Assembly (NCBI GenBank): GCA_963575745.1
Contig: CAUYUJ010000106.1
Coordinates: forward strand, 62,001 to 118,170
Reading direction: 5' to 3'
DNA length: 56,170 nt
DNA from: Prorocentrum cordatum
Taxonomy: Eukaryota
In this document: positions 1 to 11,155 of the stretch, in pieces
Numbering within the stretch: position 1 is the stretch's first letter
How the letters are laid out: each line of letters starts with the position of its first letter
Translations under genes and position numbers: made by a program
The notes under the pieces: model-generated
Databases searched by the model: none
Seen by the model: only the letters and a program-made list of their open reading frames with translations
What the model was told of the DNA's origin: nothing

Positions 1-430
1 CGGTGCGCCTCCGGACCAGGGGCTCTCCAGCGTGCTCCGGGGGAGACGGGGGGCACGGGTCTTGCTAGCCATCGCTCGGACGTCCACTCCCCGTCTACTC
101 GTCGGCTTCGCGCGCTTACTCTTCGCAGAGTGGTCCAGGACACTCCTCGATGGCCCTCGTCGAGTAAAAATGTACACGCCCGAGCGATGCCAAATGAGAC
201 CAAGATGGCGCCGCTCGCTTGCTGCCAACAAGGGGCTGCCGACTCCACACGCGCGTGCACACGCACACACAAAAGCAGGCACAAGCAGCATTCACAGGCT
301 TTTTGCGCCATTGGCCGAGTGACGTCACACCACGGCGAGAGCCGTAGAGTGGGCTACAAAAACTGGCCGAACTCGAGCGCGCACACACAAGAAGCAGGCA
401 CAAGCGCTCGCAGGCAGGCGCACACTCGCG

Positions 431-448
431 AGCACACACACACACACA

Positions 449-499
<51 letters not shown>

Positions 500-603
500 G
501 CGCGCGCGCACACACACATACACACACGCACGCACACACACACACACACAGACACAGACACAGACACAGACACAGACACACACACACACACACACACACA
601 CAC
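431..603. repeat. (CA)n/(CACG)n/(CAGACA)n microsatellite
   Basis: Read directly. Confidence 0.95.
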
Positions 604-769
604 TGGCGGCGCGCACAAGGGGGTGGAGGGAGGGGGGAGGGCTTCGTAGGAAGCTGTTTCTTAGAAGGCGCCGGCCTTATATCTACAGATCAGGCCCGCA
701 CCTTCTAAGAAGCAGGGGTGCTTCTAAGAAACCCTCCCCCCTCCCCCCCCCTCCGGGCGCCGCCCTCGA

Positions 770-1404
770 GGCTCCCCAGAGAGCCCCAAGGGCCGCAACG
801 CCGACAACAGCCCTCCAAGATGGTTCAAGAGTGCTCCGAGATGCCACGCGCTCGCTTCAAGACGTCCAAGATGGCTCCCAGACGCCCCAACAGGCCCCCA
901 AGAGGCGTCCCAAGAGGGCATTAAGAGGACAAAATCGTGAGATTCCTTTGGCAAAACGTATATTTTTAGCAGATTCGCCACTTGAGCTTTCGCAACGTCA
1001 AAAGCGGCCCAACAGGCCCCCAAGATCGCCCAAGACGGCCCAAAAGGCCCCCAAGAGAGCCCAATACCGCCCCAGAGGGCCCCAAGACGACCCAATAGGC
1101 CTCCAAGACAACCCAAGAGGCCCCCAAGACGGCTCCAAGAGGTGGTGCAGACGGGAGACCCGCACGGATATTTCGAGACCTCGGCCCCGAGAGGCCCCCA
1201 GGAGCGCCCAAGAGGCCCTCGAAAGGCTCCCAAGAGGCCCCAAGAGGCCCCCAAGAGGCCCTAAGATGCCCCTGCGAGGCCCTCAGGAGGCCCCCACGAG
1301 GCCCCCAAGCGGCCCCAGGAGGCCCCCAAATGCCCTCCCAAGCACGCAAGCAAGTGCCAGCGATGCTACAATATGGGCCGGCGGAATGAGCGAAGCGATT
1401 GAAT
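770..1404 (+). mobile_element. 3' part of a CCAAGA-repeat element ending in a GCGAAGC hairpin
   Basis: A degenerate ccaagaggcc/ccaagacggc array ends in GGGCCGGCGGAATGA-GCGAAGC-GATTGAAT. A homologous end lies at 45293-45324. Confidence 0.55.
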
Positions 1405-3283
1405 AATCCATGACCTGCTCCGTCGGAAAGAACGGGGGGAAGTCAGCTCGGACGCGTTGGGCAGATTGCTCCATCGTATCTCCGTCGAAGAGTGGATGCA
1501 CCGACATGATTTCTTCTGTTCTGCGGTTTTGAATCCTCAGAAGCTGGGCTGCCGCCACCTCCTCGAACTCCGCCCAAAATCTACTCTTGTCGGCGGCGTC
1601 TGCGTCGTCCGCGTGCGTCGGCTTGAATGCAACATTCGTGTCGAAACCCAAGTCGGCAGCGACTTGTGCAAATGAAACGTTCGCGCCCAAGTGGGACACA
1701 GCAGCCTGGACCTGGTCGTTACCGTGAAACCCGCGGACGCTGACGGCGGCGGTCTCCCTCAAGCTGTCGGAGGCTCCGCCGCTCCGCGGGTAACATGCGC
1801 CTTCAGCAGCTTTTTCAAAACGATACTCGGTGCACCCGTCGTTGCCCGCCAGCGCCCTCCGTTGGGCGGCTCGCGGGCTGCCGCGGGATCCTCCGGCCCG
1901 CAGCGCCACAGACGGCTTCGCGATAGCCGCAATCGTATCTGTGGAATACAAGGATGCTCCGCTCTGGCTCTTGGGCAGGACGCGATCCGCTTGTCGGCGT
2001 CGGAGTGAGGAGTAGTACGCGGAGGGGCGAATCCAATGGTCGGGCGTCCAAGTTGCCCAATCCAGAACCTCCATCGACGCGATCTTGGTCTGCACATGCG
2101 ACCTGATCGTGGCCTTGCTGGCGGCGTCGCAACCGTACTTCTCCGAGAGGTAGTCCGGCAACTTCTCCCTCACGATCCTCTGGCCGAGCGCCAGGCCGGC
2201 ACGGTTGTCAGAATCGTAGTGAACGCCTGCGAACGTGCGGAAGTAAGCAACAGAGTAATCCAGGAGTCGCACCTCATTACGCTGCGCTGGGGTCAGGAGG
2301 GCCACGACGTCGAGCCAAGTCGACAGAGAGGAGGCCGCCGAATGCATAGCCGGCCAAGCTGGGTGCACGGGGCACCCTTCTGAATAGGCGGTAAAAGACT
2401 CGCGCGTAGTCAAGCCCATGCCGTCCACCATCGCCCTGACGTTGGCTGGGGCCTGGCTCAATCCCCCCTGGCTGAGGTTGTACGCAACCTCCTCGGGCCG
2501 CGCGCGGCCGACGTACCACTTGCACCCGAAGGCGGCGGGCGACACCTCTGCGATCGCCCAACCGATAATCCTCCCCAGAGCCACCGGGCCGTTCACAAAC
2601 TCGACCGTGCTCGTGCAACTGGCCTGGCCGAAGATTTCCGGGTCCATTGTGAGCGCCATGCTGCTCAAATAGCTCGTGATCTGCTCCGTAGGAAACTGCG
2701 TGGGGAAGTCCGCACGGACGCGCTGGGCGGACTGCTCCATCGTGTCCCCGGCGAAGAGCGGATGCACGGACATGATATCCCGAGTGAGGGTCCCGTTCCT
2801 CCTCAGAAGTTGGGCCGTCACCACATCCTCGAACTCATTCCAGAAGCTGGCCTGGTCTGTTGCGTCCGCGTCGTCCGCATGCGTCGGCCTGTACGCGGCG
2901 TTCGTATCGAAGGCCAGATCCGCAGCAAGGTGGCCAAACGAAACGCTATCTCCCAAGTAGGACACTGCGCGCTGGACCTGGTCGTTTTCGAAGCCACGGA
3001 CGCTGACGGCGGCGGTGTCAGCGAGGCTGTCAGAAGCTCCGCCATCCCTTGGATAGCACGCAGACGGGGCAGCCTTGGCGAATCGGAACGTGCTGCAACT
3101 GTCGGTGGCCTCCTGGCGCGAGGGAAGGAAAACCTGTAAAAGTTGAATGTCCTGCGCACTGACGTTGTCACCTTGCTGGGCGCGACTTTCCCACAGTACT
3201 TGGCCGCACACGTAACAAGTCAGCAAATTGTGGATAAGGAGTGCGCGGTGGCGTCCGTGCATGATGAAAAGCATGTGGGTCAT
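1405..3283 (-). CDS. Vanadium-dependent haloperoxidase / PAP2-superfamily protein: one complete domain plus a partial tandem second domain
   Basis: ORF 1283..3283 has the three PAP2/VHPO motifs in order: KWYVGRARPE (K~2520), HPAWPAMHS (~2342-2365) and RTFAGVHYDSD (~2207-2239). The block SCSTFRFAKAA...FPTEQ (~3100-2681) recurs as GCTEYRFEKAA...FPTEQ (~1840-1415). Below ~1405 the ORF runs into repeat DNA, so that tail is not counted. Confidence 0.85.
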
Positions 3284-3308
3284 CGTCGTGGTGTCGAACC
3301 GGAAGTAG

Positions 3309-3323
3309 CCTGAGCCAAACTGA
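3309..3323 (-). other. Degenerate relic of the dinoflagellate spliced leader (DinoSL)
   Basis: Minus strand TCAGTTTGGCTCAGG matches the DinoSL 3' end CCATTTTGGCTCAAG at 12/15 positions, 25 nt upstream of the ATG at 3283 and in the gene's orientation. Confidence 0.6.
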
Positions 3324-3409
3324 TGCCCCCGAGTAACGCCAGCTTCGTGTTACCAAAGCCAGAATCTGCAGTAACGTACGCTTGGTGTGCCAAATACAAA
3401 ATTGCGCGG

Positions 3410-4185
3410 CCAGGTTCGCGCTCCCGAGGCCAAAATCCCTCGTAACATACACATACACAAAATTCGCGCTCCCAAGGACAGAACCCAATTGAAATACACT
3501 AGAATTGCGCCCCCGGAGCCAGATCCCGTCCTAATGTACGCCGCACTCGCCCCGCCGACGCCAAACTCAACTCCTTGCAATTTGACCCAGTTTCCCGAGG
3601 CCCAAGACCGAATCCCAATCAGAGGATGCTGGAATTGCGCTCCAACGGCTACAGCCCAGCGCAAACTACGGCAGATTCGCGCTCCCGCGGCCAGAAGCCC
3701 GTGTGAATTACGCCGCGTGTGTGCTGCCGTTGCCCAGAGTCCCGCTCGTAGGTTACGCTTGAATTGCGCTCCCGAGGCCAGCACTCCACATCAGTTTCGC
3801 CAGACTCGCGCTCCCGACGCCAGACGCCCTCTTTGTACTACGCGCCCAACTCGCGCCCCCGAACCTAGAACCCGGTATACATTACACCAGGGTCCTGCTC
3901 CCGATGCGGAATCCCACGTCAGATATGCCAAGTTCGTGCCCCCGAGGCCAAAACACCGCGCAAACTAGTTCAGATTCGCGCTCCCGAGGCAATAATTCCT
4001 AGAGAAACGCGCCAGGTTCGCGCCCCCGAAGCCATGCCCCCTGGTGAAATACACCAGGTTCGCGCTCGAGGCCACATCCGTCGTAAATTACGCCAGCCCG
4101 AGGCCGCAATCCTTTTTCGCAATTTGCGGCAGATTCGCGTTCCCGAAACCACATTGTACATTGCTCCAGATTCGTGCCCCCTGTC
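3410..4185. repeat. Degenerate ~42-bp minisatellite, about 18-19 units
   Basis: Core AGATTCGCGCTCCCGAGGCCA recurs at ~3412, 3461, 3503, 3672, 3762, 3802, 3848, 3930, 3972, 4014, 4056 and 4131. Confidence 0.8.
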
Positions 4186-4634
4186 GTACCGAAAGGGCCG
4201 CATATGCACGGTATGAGGAGAAAGGTCTTAAAACGTAGCGAAGTGTTTAGTAATCCGCCGTGCCTCTGGGCACGGAGTGGGCGTGTCCTCAAGTCATCTG
4301 CCAAATCCCCCGAGCTTCAGTCCTCAGTCCTGAAGACTCTTTAGGTGCCCGGGACCAAAATCCCACCAGCCCTCTGGGCGTCGGTTGTGTAGAACGTTTC
4401 TTCTTCCACCCCTCCTTTTTCCCCTTCGGGGAGGGGTTGATCACTGTTCCCTATTAGTATACACCCCCTCCCCCTGGCGACTGGGAGCCAACCCGGGTCA
4501 ATGAGGGCCCCCCCCACCATCCCTTGCAAAAAACAATACAAAACACACTCTGCCTCCAAATTCGTAGCATGCGCAGCGAACCCGATGCGGCCTCCCCCCA
4601 CCATCCCTGTCAAAAAACAATACAGAGTACACTT

Positions 4635-4716
4635 GGCGGCGGCGGCGGCTGCAGCGGCTGCGGCGGGGGCAGCGGCTGCAGCGGCTGCGGCGGTGGCGCC
4701 GGCGGTGGCGGCGGCG

Positions 4717-4751
<35 letters not shown>

Positions 4752-4868
4752 GGGGGCGGCGGCGGCGGCAGCGGTGGGCAACGGCTGCGGCGGCGGCGGC
4801 GGCGGCGACGGCGGCGGCGGCGGCGGCGGGCGGCGCGGCGGCGGAAGCGGCGGCGGCGGCGGCGGCGG
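4635..4868. repeat. (GGC)n microsatellite
   Basis: Read directly. Confidence 0.95.
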
Positions 4869-6665
4869 ACTGGCACCCACCAAGAGCCCCCCAAGGGGTC
4901 GGCGGTGCGGCGTAAGCTCAAGAATCTCGACGGCAGATTGCTTGGTTACTTTCTGCCTCTGGGAGCCCTCCCCGATAAAAAAAATCCCGGATGAGGCGCT
5001 GGTTCCATGGAGTGGTTCGAAACATCTGTCGGGTCGGGCGAAAGGGGGGGATAGCAAAGGGGGGGTTTGAGAATCAGCTCACGTAGCTGATTTTCCCAGC
5101 GCCTCCCAGCGCCGTGAGGCGCCCATGTATCGAGGAATGGGCCCAGCGGCGGGGCCGAAGCCAGCTGCATGCAGCAGATTTCGTAACCCCCCCTTTCCCT
5201 ATCCCCCCCTTTCAATCGGCCCGAAAAACCCGGATGAAGCGCTGGCTCCAGGGCGTGGTTCGCAACATCTGGGGGTCGACGTTGCACAAATCAGGACGTC
5301 GGGGGTCCCCTGCAATCTTTGCACGCTGGGCGCTCTCGCCAAGCTTCTGGCCCTGGGGCTCTCGCGGAACGATCCGGCTCCGGAGATGCCGCAGGAAGCT
5401 GCGGAGATAAAGACCCGCCCTCACAATGAGCACCCCGACATGCGGAGCCATTTCGCAAACGCACCCAAGGAAGGAATCGAACAGGGCAGGGTTGCTCAGT
5501 AAACGCCCAGGGCCGTGGAGCGATCGCCAGTCATCGGGGCCGGGGGGAGGCTCTCCTCTCGAAGATGGAGCCACCGTGATCTTCCACGCTGTTGGAATGT
5601 TTGCTCGCGGCGTCGGGCCCCAGGGGAAACCGCGGTCTTCGAGGCCCCACGCCTGGACCCGCTCTGGAGGCGGGCGCTCGGGGCCCGGTCTGGACCGCCC
5701 GGACCTCCGACGGCAGGGTCTGTGCAGTCCGCGGCCCCCTCCCAGCCAGAGATCCAGCGCATTGAAGAAGTCAAGACAGAGGTGCTTCGTCCTCTTCGGC
5801 CTCCAGAGGCCCCCGCAGGGCCCTGGGACTGTCAACAAATAAATTGCACTACCGAGGAACCCCACATACTTGATTTTATGCCCTTTGTGTACTATGCTAC
5901 CACTACCACCGCCACCACCACGAGCCACACGAGCCACCCATCAAACATTTAGAAGCAGCTGCAGTGGGAACCTGGGCTGAGGGTGCTGACTTCGATCTTT
6001 AAAACCGGCCCTGGGGAACGGGTCGGAGTTTCCCGGGACCCCGCACTGAAAAAATCACGACGTCGGATTTGGACGCCCGAATTGCGTACTGAAAAAATGG
6101 GTATAATGCCCAACAACAAATGTTGTCCCACACCAACAACGGCCGCTGTTGGGCAGGCGGCCTTCCGTCTCGAATGGACACGGGCCGCGGCGGCGTGGAC
6201 AGCGAATCCTCTGTTCAGAATGAACAGGGACTGCTGTTGGGCATTGTACCCATTCTTTCCGTACCCATTTCGGGCGTCCAGATCGGCTCTCTGGGAGTGC
6301 CCCTCAGCGAACTTCAAGGTGTTTCGTCCTCTTCGGCCTCCAGAGGCCCCCGCCGGGCCCCGGGACTGTCAACAAGTGAAAAAAACTGGCCCCGGGGAAC
6401 GGGCCGGAGCTTCCCAGGGGCCCCGGACTGACAGAAGGCACGGCGTCGGACCTCTGGGAGTGCCTCGACCACACTCCCCCCCCGGGGGAGAGTTCGCGGC
6501 CTGGGCGGAGCCTTCCGGGCCCCCCGGGGCCCGACAGCGGTCCCCCCGGAGCAGGGAAAAGCTCCAGGACCGAGCAGAGAGAGACCACCCAGACCCTCGA
6601 TGTCATGAGTTTCTCGCATCGTCGACCGCCTGGAGGTCTCGACCCACTCCCTGGGACTAGCTTGA

Positions 6666-6819
6666 AGTCGGGCGCGTCCCTCTACACAGGGGGATCTTCG
6701 ACAAAAATGAACAAATACTAAAAGAGTACTCTAAAATGGTTGAAAAACGCCGCCAAAAAAGCCCCCTGACTATCTTTGACTATTTTTGGATATCCCCCTG
6801 TAGAGGGACCGGCCCGACT
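6666..6819. mobile_element. MITE family A (~150 bp; TIR RGTCGGGCMTGTCC...TACAGG)
   Basis: Inverted ends AGTCGGGCGCGTCCCTCTAC / GTAGAGGGACCGGCCCGACT with an AT-rich interior. Confidence 0.7.
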
Positions 6820-8619
6820 TAAGACCAGCCCTTCCTGCTGCGTCGCTCTCGGGCGGCCCCTGGGCCAGGCGAGGGCCCCCGGGAGCCGAGAACGGGCCAC
6901 GACTGGCTGCGCCAACTTTGTTCGGAGCCTCGGATCTCTGGGGGAGGGGGGATAAGCTCCGATGTTAAACACGCCCTCCCGCACACGGACATTAGATTCG
7001 AACCCTGTGGCCCAAGGTGCGCCCCAGACCCCTCCGAAATTCATATTCGTGGCGTGGCGACGGGGGGGGGTGTGAGTGGACAGACATGTTCGAACCCCAA
7101 GAAGCACCGCCTTTCCTGAGATCAGCATTGATGTCGGGGGCGCGGGGGTGATTTGGAATCTCCCTCGAATGTGTAAGGGTTCGAATACGTTGTCCATCTG
7201 CTGTCCGTCGTACTCTTTGGCCCGCGACCCGCGGGGAGCTGGGCACGGGAGCAGGGCCCGCTGCACGGTTTCCCCCGGGGCCGTAGGCGACCCGAGGAGG
7301 AGGAGGCGGAGGAGGAGGAGGAGGAGGCGGAGGAGGAGGCGGAGAAAAAGGAGGAGGGGGAGGAGGAGGGGAGAGGGAGGAGGAGGAGGAGGAGGAGGAG
7401 GAGGGGGAGGAGGAGCCCGGCGCCCGCGCGCTGGAGCCCGCAGCCACCTCTCCACGGCTTCTCCTCTCCTCCTCCTCCCCCCCTTCCCCCTCCCCCTCCC
7501 CCTCCCCCTCCCCCTCCCTCCTCCTCCTCCTCCTCCTCCTCCTCCTCCTCCTCCTCCTCCTCCTCCTCCTCCTCCTCCTCCTCCTCCTCCTCCTCCTCCT
7601 CCTCCTCCTCCTCCCCCGCCCCTCTTCCCTCGTCGCGCCCTCCCTCCCGGAGGACTCTGCGGAAACCTGATCGGACAAGAAGGGGAAGCGCCGCTGTTGT
7701 CAAACGGGCGTGTTGGGCGGAGAAGAAAGAGGACGGCGAGGACGACGAGGAGTCGATGACGAGGACGGCGTGGCGAGCGTGAGGATAGCGAGGGGGAGCA
7801 TGAGGACAACGAGGAGGAAGAGAAGCACAAGGACGAGGACGAAGAGAACGGGGGCGAGTACGAGGAATGCGGAGAAATCCGCCGATCTGGCGCGTGAGTT
7901 TCAAAGACCCTCAGAACATCCTGAGCCTCAACTCCTGAGCTTCAGCTCTACTGGGGGGCGGGTGCCCGGGTCGCTCTGCAGGGGGGGGTCCATTTAATTC
8001 CCGGGGCGGAATCGGAGCTCCAGGTCACTCCGGGACGGCCCCCGCGCCCAGGAGGGCCCCGACATGGGCCAACAGGGCCACGAGTCGCCGAACAATCGCT
8101 ACAAGACGCCCAAGATGTCCCCAAGACGGCTCCAGAAGCATCCAACATGCCTCAGAAGGCTTGAGAAGGCCCCCCGAAGAAGGCCCAAAGAAGCGTCAAA
8201 TGTCCCATTCCCCCGGGAATGCGTACACTTTTAGCATCTTCGCCTCTTGGGCCTTCCGAGCGTCGCAGGCGCCCCACGAGAGCCCCAAAACGGCCCAAGA
8301 AGCCGCCAAGAGGGCTCCAAGACAGCCCAAGACGGGCCCAAGATGGCCCAGGAGGCCCCTCGGAAAAAGGCCCGCCACGAGAGCCCCAGGACGGGCCCAA
8401 AAGGCGCCCGAGAGGGCGCCGAGGCAGGGAAAAATGCCGAATGCGTTTCAAAAAGCCCCCAGCTGGCCCCTAGAGGCTCCCAAGAAGCATGAAGAAAGAG
8501 GCCCCAAGACGCTTCCAACTGGCCTCGAAAAGGCCCCCTGAAGCCCCCTAAAGGCCCCCGAAGAGTTTCAATCTAGCCTGAACTGTGAATACCGCCAATA
8601 AAAATATCATCTTCGCCCG

Positions 8620-9655
8620 CGCTCCCTATGGGGCCACGAACCGTGTGCGGGGCGTGCCGACATGCGTGGCGGGGCACACAACGCGAGGTGTAACAAAATT
8701 CGGGTGCGCCAATGGGACCTTAGATGGAGCTCCCTATCGAGCCACGAAGCGTGAGGGGTGTGCCAAAATGGGGCGGCGCCGCCATGCGGGCTGCGCCACT
8801 GGGACCCTAGATGGAGCTCCCTATGGGGCCACGAAACGTGTGAGGGGTGTGCCAAAATGGAGCGGCGCCGCCATGCGGGCTGCGCCACTGGGACCTTACG
8901 TGGAGTTCCTTATGGGGCCACGAAGCGTGTGAGGGGTGTGCCAAAATGGAGCGGCGCCGCCATGCAGGCTGCGCCACTGGGACCCTAGATGGAGCTCCCA
9001 GTGGAGCCACGAAGCGTGTGATTGGTGTGCCAAAATGGGGCGGCGCCGCCATGCGGGCTGCGCCACTGGAACCTTCGGTGGAACTCCCTATGGGGCCACG
9101 AAACGTGTAAGGGGTGTACTGAAATGGAGCGGCGCCGCCATGCGGGCTGCGCCACTGGGACCCTCGATGGAGTTCCTTATGGAACCACGAAGCGTGTGAT
9201 TGGTGTGCCAAAATGGAACGGCGCCGCCATGCGGACTGTGCCACTGGGACCTTGCGTGGAGCTCCCTATGGGGCCACGAAACGTGTGAGGGGTGTGCCAA
9301 AATGGGGCGGCGCCGCCATGCGGGCTGCGCCACTGGGACCTTGGGTGGAGCTCCCTATGGGGCCACGAAGCGTGTGATTGCTGTGCCAAAATGGGGCGGC
9401 GCCGTCATGCGGGCTGCGCCACTGTGACCTTAGATGGAGCTCCCTATGGGGCCACGAAACGTGTGAGGGGTGTGCCAAAATTGGACGACAGCGCCATGTG
9501 GGCTGCGCCACTGGGACCTTAGGGCTCCCTATGGGGCCACGAAGCGTGTGAGGGCTGTGCCAAAATGGGGCGGCGCCGCCACGCGGGCTGTGCCACTGCG
9601 ATTTTAGGTGGAACCCCCTTATGGGGCCACGAAACGTGTGAGGGGTGTGCCGAAA
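8620..9655. repeat. 89-bp tandem repeat, about 11-12 units
   Basis: Unit GGGACCTTAGATGGAGCTCCCTATGGGGCCACGAAACGTGTGAGGGGTGTGCCAAAATGGGGCGGCGCCGCCATGCGGGCTGCGCCACT at 89-bp spacing. Confidence 0.95.
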
Positions 9656-11001
9656 CAGAGACATGCGGAGAGCAAAGGCAAGGAGGGGGAGGAGGGAGGA
9701 GGAGAAGGAGGAGGAGGAGAAGGACGAGGAGGAGGAGGAGGAGGAGGCGGAGGAGGAGAAGGAGGAAGGAGGCGGAGGAGGAGAGGAGGAACGCGGGGGC
9801 CGTCTCTTCAAAAGTCCTCCAAGACGCCTTCTAGAGTCCTCCCAGCTGCCTCCAAAAACCGCCCCGCAAAGCCCAAAACCGGCAACCGCCAAATTCCTCC
9901 TCCTCCTCCTCCTCCTTCTCCTCTTTCCTCCTCCTCCTCCTCCTCCTCCTCCTCGTCTCCTCCTCCTCCTCCTCCTCCTCCACCTCCTCCTCCTCCTCCT
10001 CCTCCTCCTCCGGGAGAGTGGGGAGATGCCTTCTCAGAAGGCGGCGGGGCTTCTCAGAAGCCATCCCGCCTTCTAAGAAGGCTCTCGTGGCGCGTGGGAG
10101 GAGACTCAGAAAGCTCCCCACAGAAGGGCGGATGCCTTCTGAGCCTTCTGAGAACCCTGAGATCCAACGTTGCGAAAAATGTGCAACATCCCGACAAAAC
10201 ACGGCCGTCACTCATGACACTAGACCGCATCAGTCTGCGTTAATTCTCAAAACCAGATCGATCTGTGATGGTCCCGGTGCCCGAAACTCGGCGAAAACGC
10301 CCGGTGCGAAAAACATGCAACGCCTAGCCGCACCTGCCTTCCCCTGTGCGTGCCGCCGAAAGGGAGAGAGAGAAAGAGAGGGTACAAGCGCCAAGGCAGA
10401 CGGGCGAACGATGTGGGAGCGCAGAATCATAGCGATCCCAGTCCAGCTGCCCAAGGCGTCACAGGAAAAACATAATGCGCCCCCATCTGCAAGCCAGCAG
10501 CCAGACACGCGGCGCTCCCGATGCGTGGGCCCCCAGAGGTATGGACCACCTCCCTGGGATACAGTCGGGGCGTTGACCTAAGGAACCCTAAATAAGGACC
10601 GAGGCCCCTTCTTTCCATCAGTTAAACTTCGACTTCCGATCGAACGCATAAGGACAACCTGAGGCACGCTGTGAAACACGTAAGGAACGCGGAGCCCCTC
10701 CCCAACCAAAAGGGTTCCTTCTTCAGGGCCCCGACTGTAGGTTTTCGTCCTGAGCAGTCTTGTGACGGTCCAGGGTGAGGGTCCGCGGAGGAGGAGGAGG
10801 AGGAGGATCGGGGGAGGAGGAGGAGGAGGAGGATCGGGGGGGAGGAGGAGGAGGAGGAGGAGGAGGAGGAGGAGGAGGAGGAGGAGGAGGAGGAGGAGGA
10901 GGAGGATAGGAGGAGGAGGAGGCCAGAGATGGCCAAACACTGGCCGCTCCGATGTCTGCCCGCGCCTCGGACCCCTGGGCACACGCCGCCCCCCACCGCG
11001 C

Positions 11002-11046
11002 CTGCACGTCCCACGAGTTCTGCAGCGCGTGCCCCACGAGGTCGGC
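11002..11046 (-). CDS. PP2C micro-exon (ADLVGHALQNSWDVQ)
   Basis: cag|G acceptor, CAG|GC donor, 45 bp, phase 0, all G/C-ending codons. Fits the segment preceding the SG(S/T)T motif. Confidence 0.7.
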
Positions 11047-11090
11047 CTGAGGGGTGCGGCAACGCGTGGCAGGGCAGTGCCGACCACGCG

Positions 11091-11155
<65 letters not shown>

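Noticed and set aside
200..235. QASGA on the minus strand as the next PP2C exon
   Set aside because: It would duplicate Q, lacks the Thr of SG(S/T)T, and the following residues do not fit.
1283..1404. Hydrophobic C-terminal tail of the 666-aa ORF as a membrane anchor
   Set aside because: It is read-through into the antisense strand of a CCAAGA-repeat element.
3410..4185. CRISPR-like repeat/spacer appearance
   Set aside because: Repeats are degenerate, spacers resemble one another, there are no cas genes, and the context is eukaryotic.
5560..11046. Papain-like QNSW...WG..GF motif made by joining the 11002 exon to 5652 (AWGLEDRGF)
   Set aside because: His-Asn spacing is wrong, and the 11002 exon fits the PP2C chain in phase and context.
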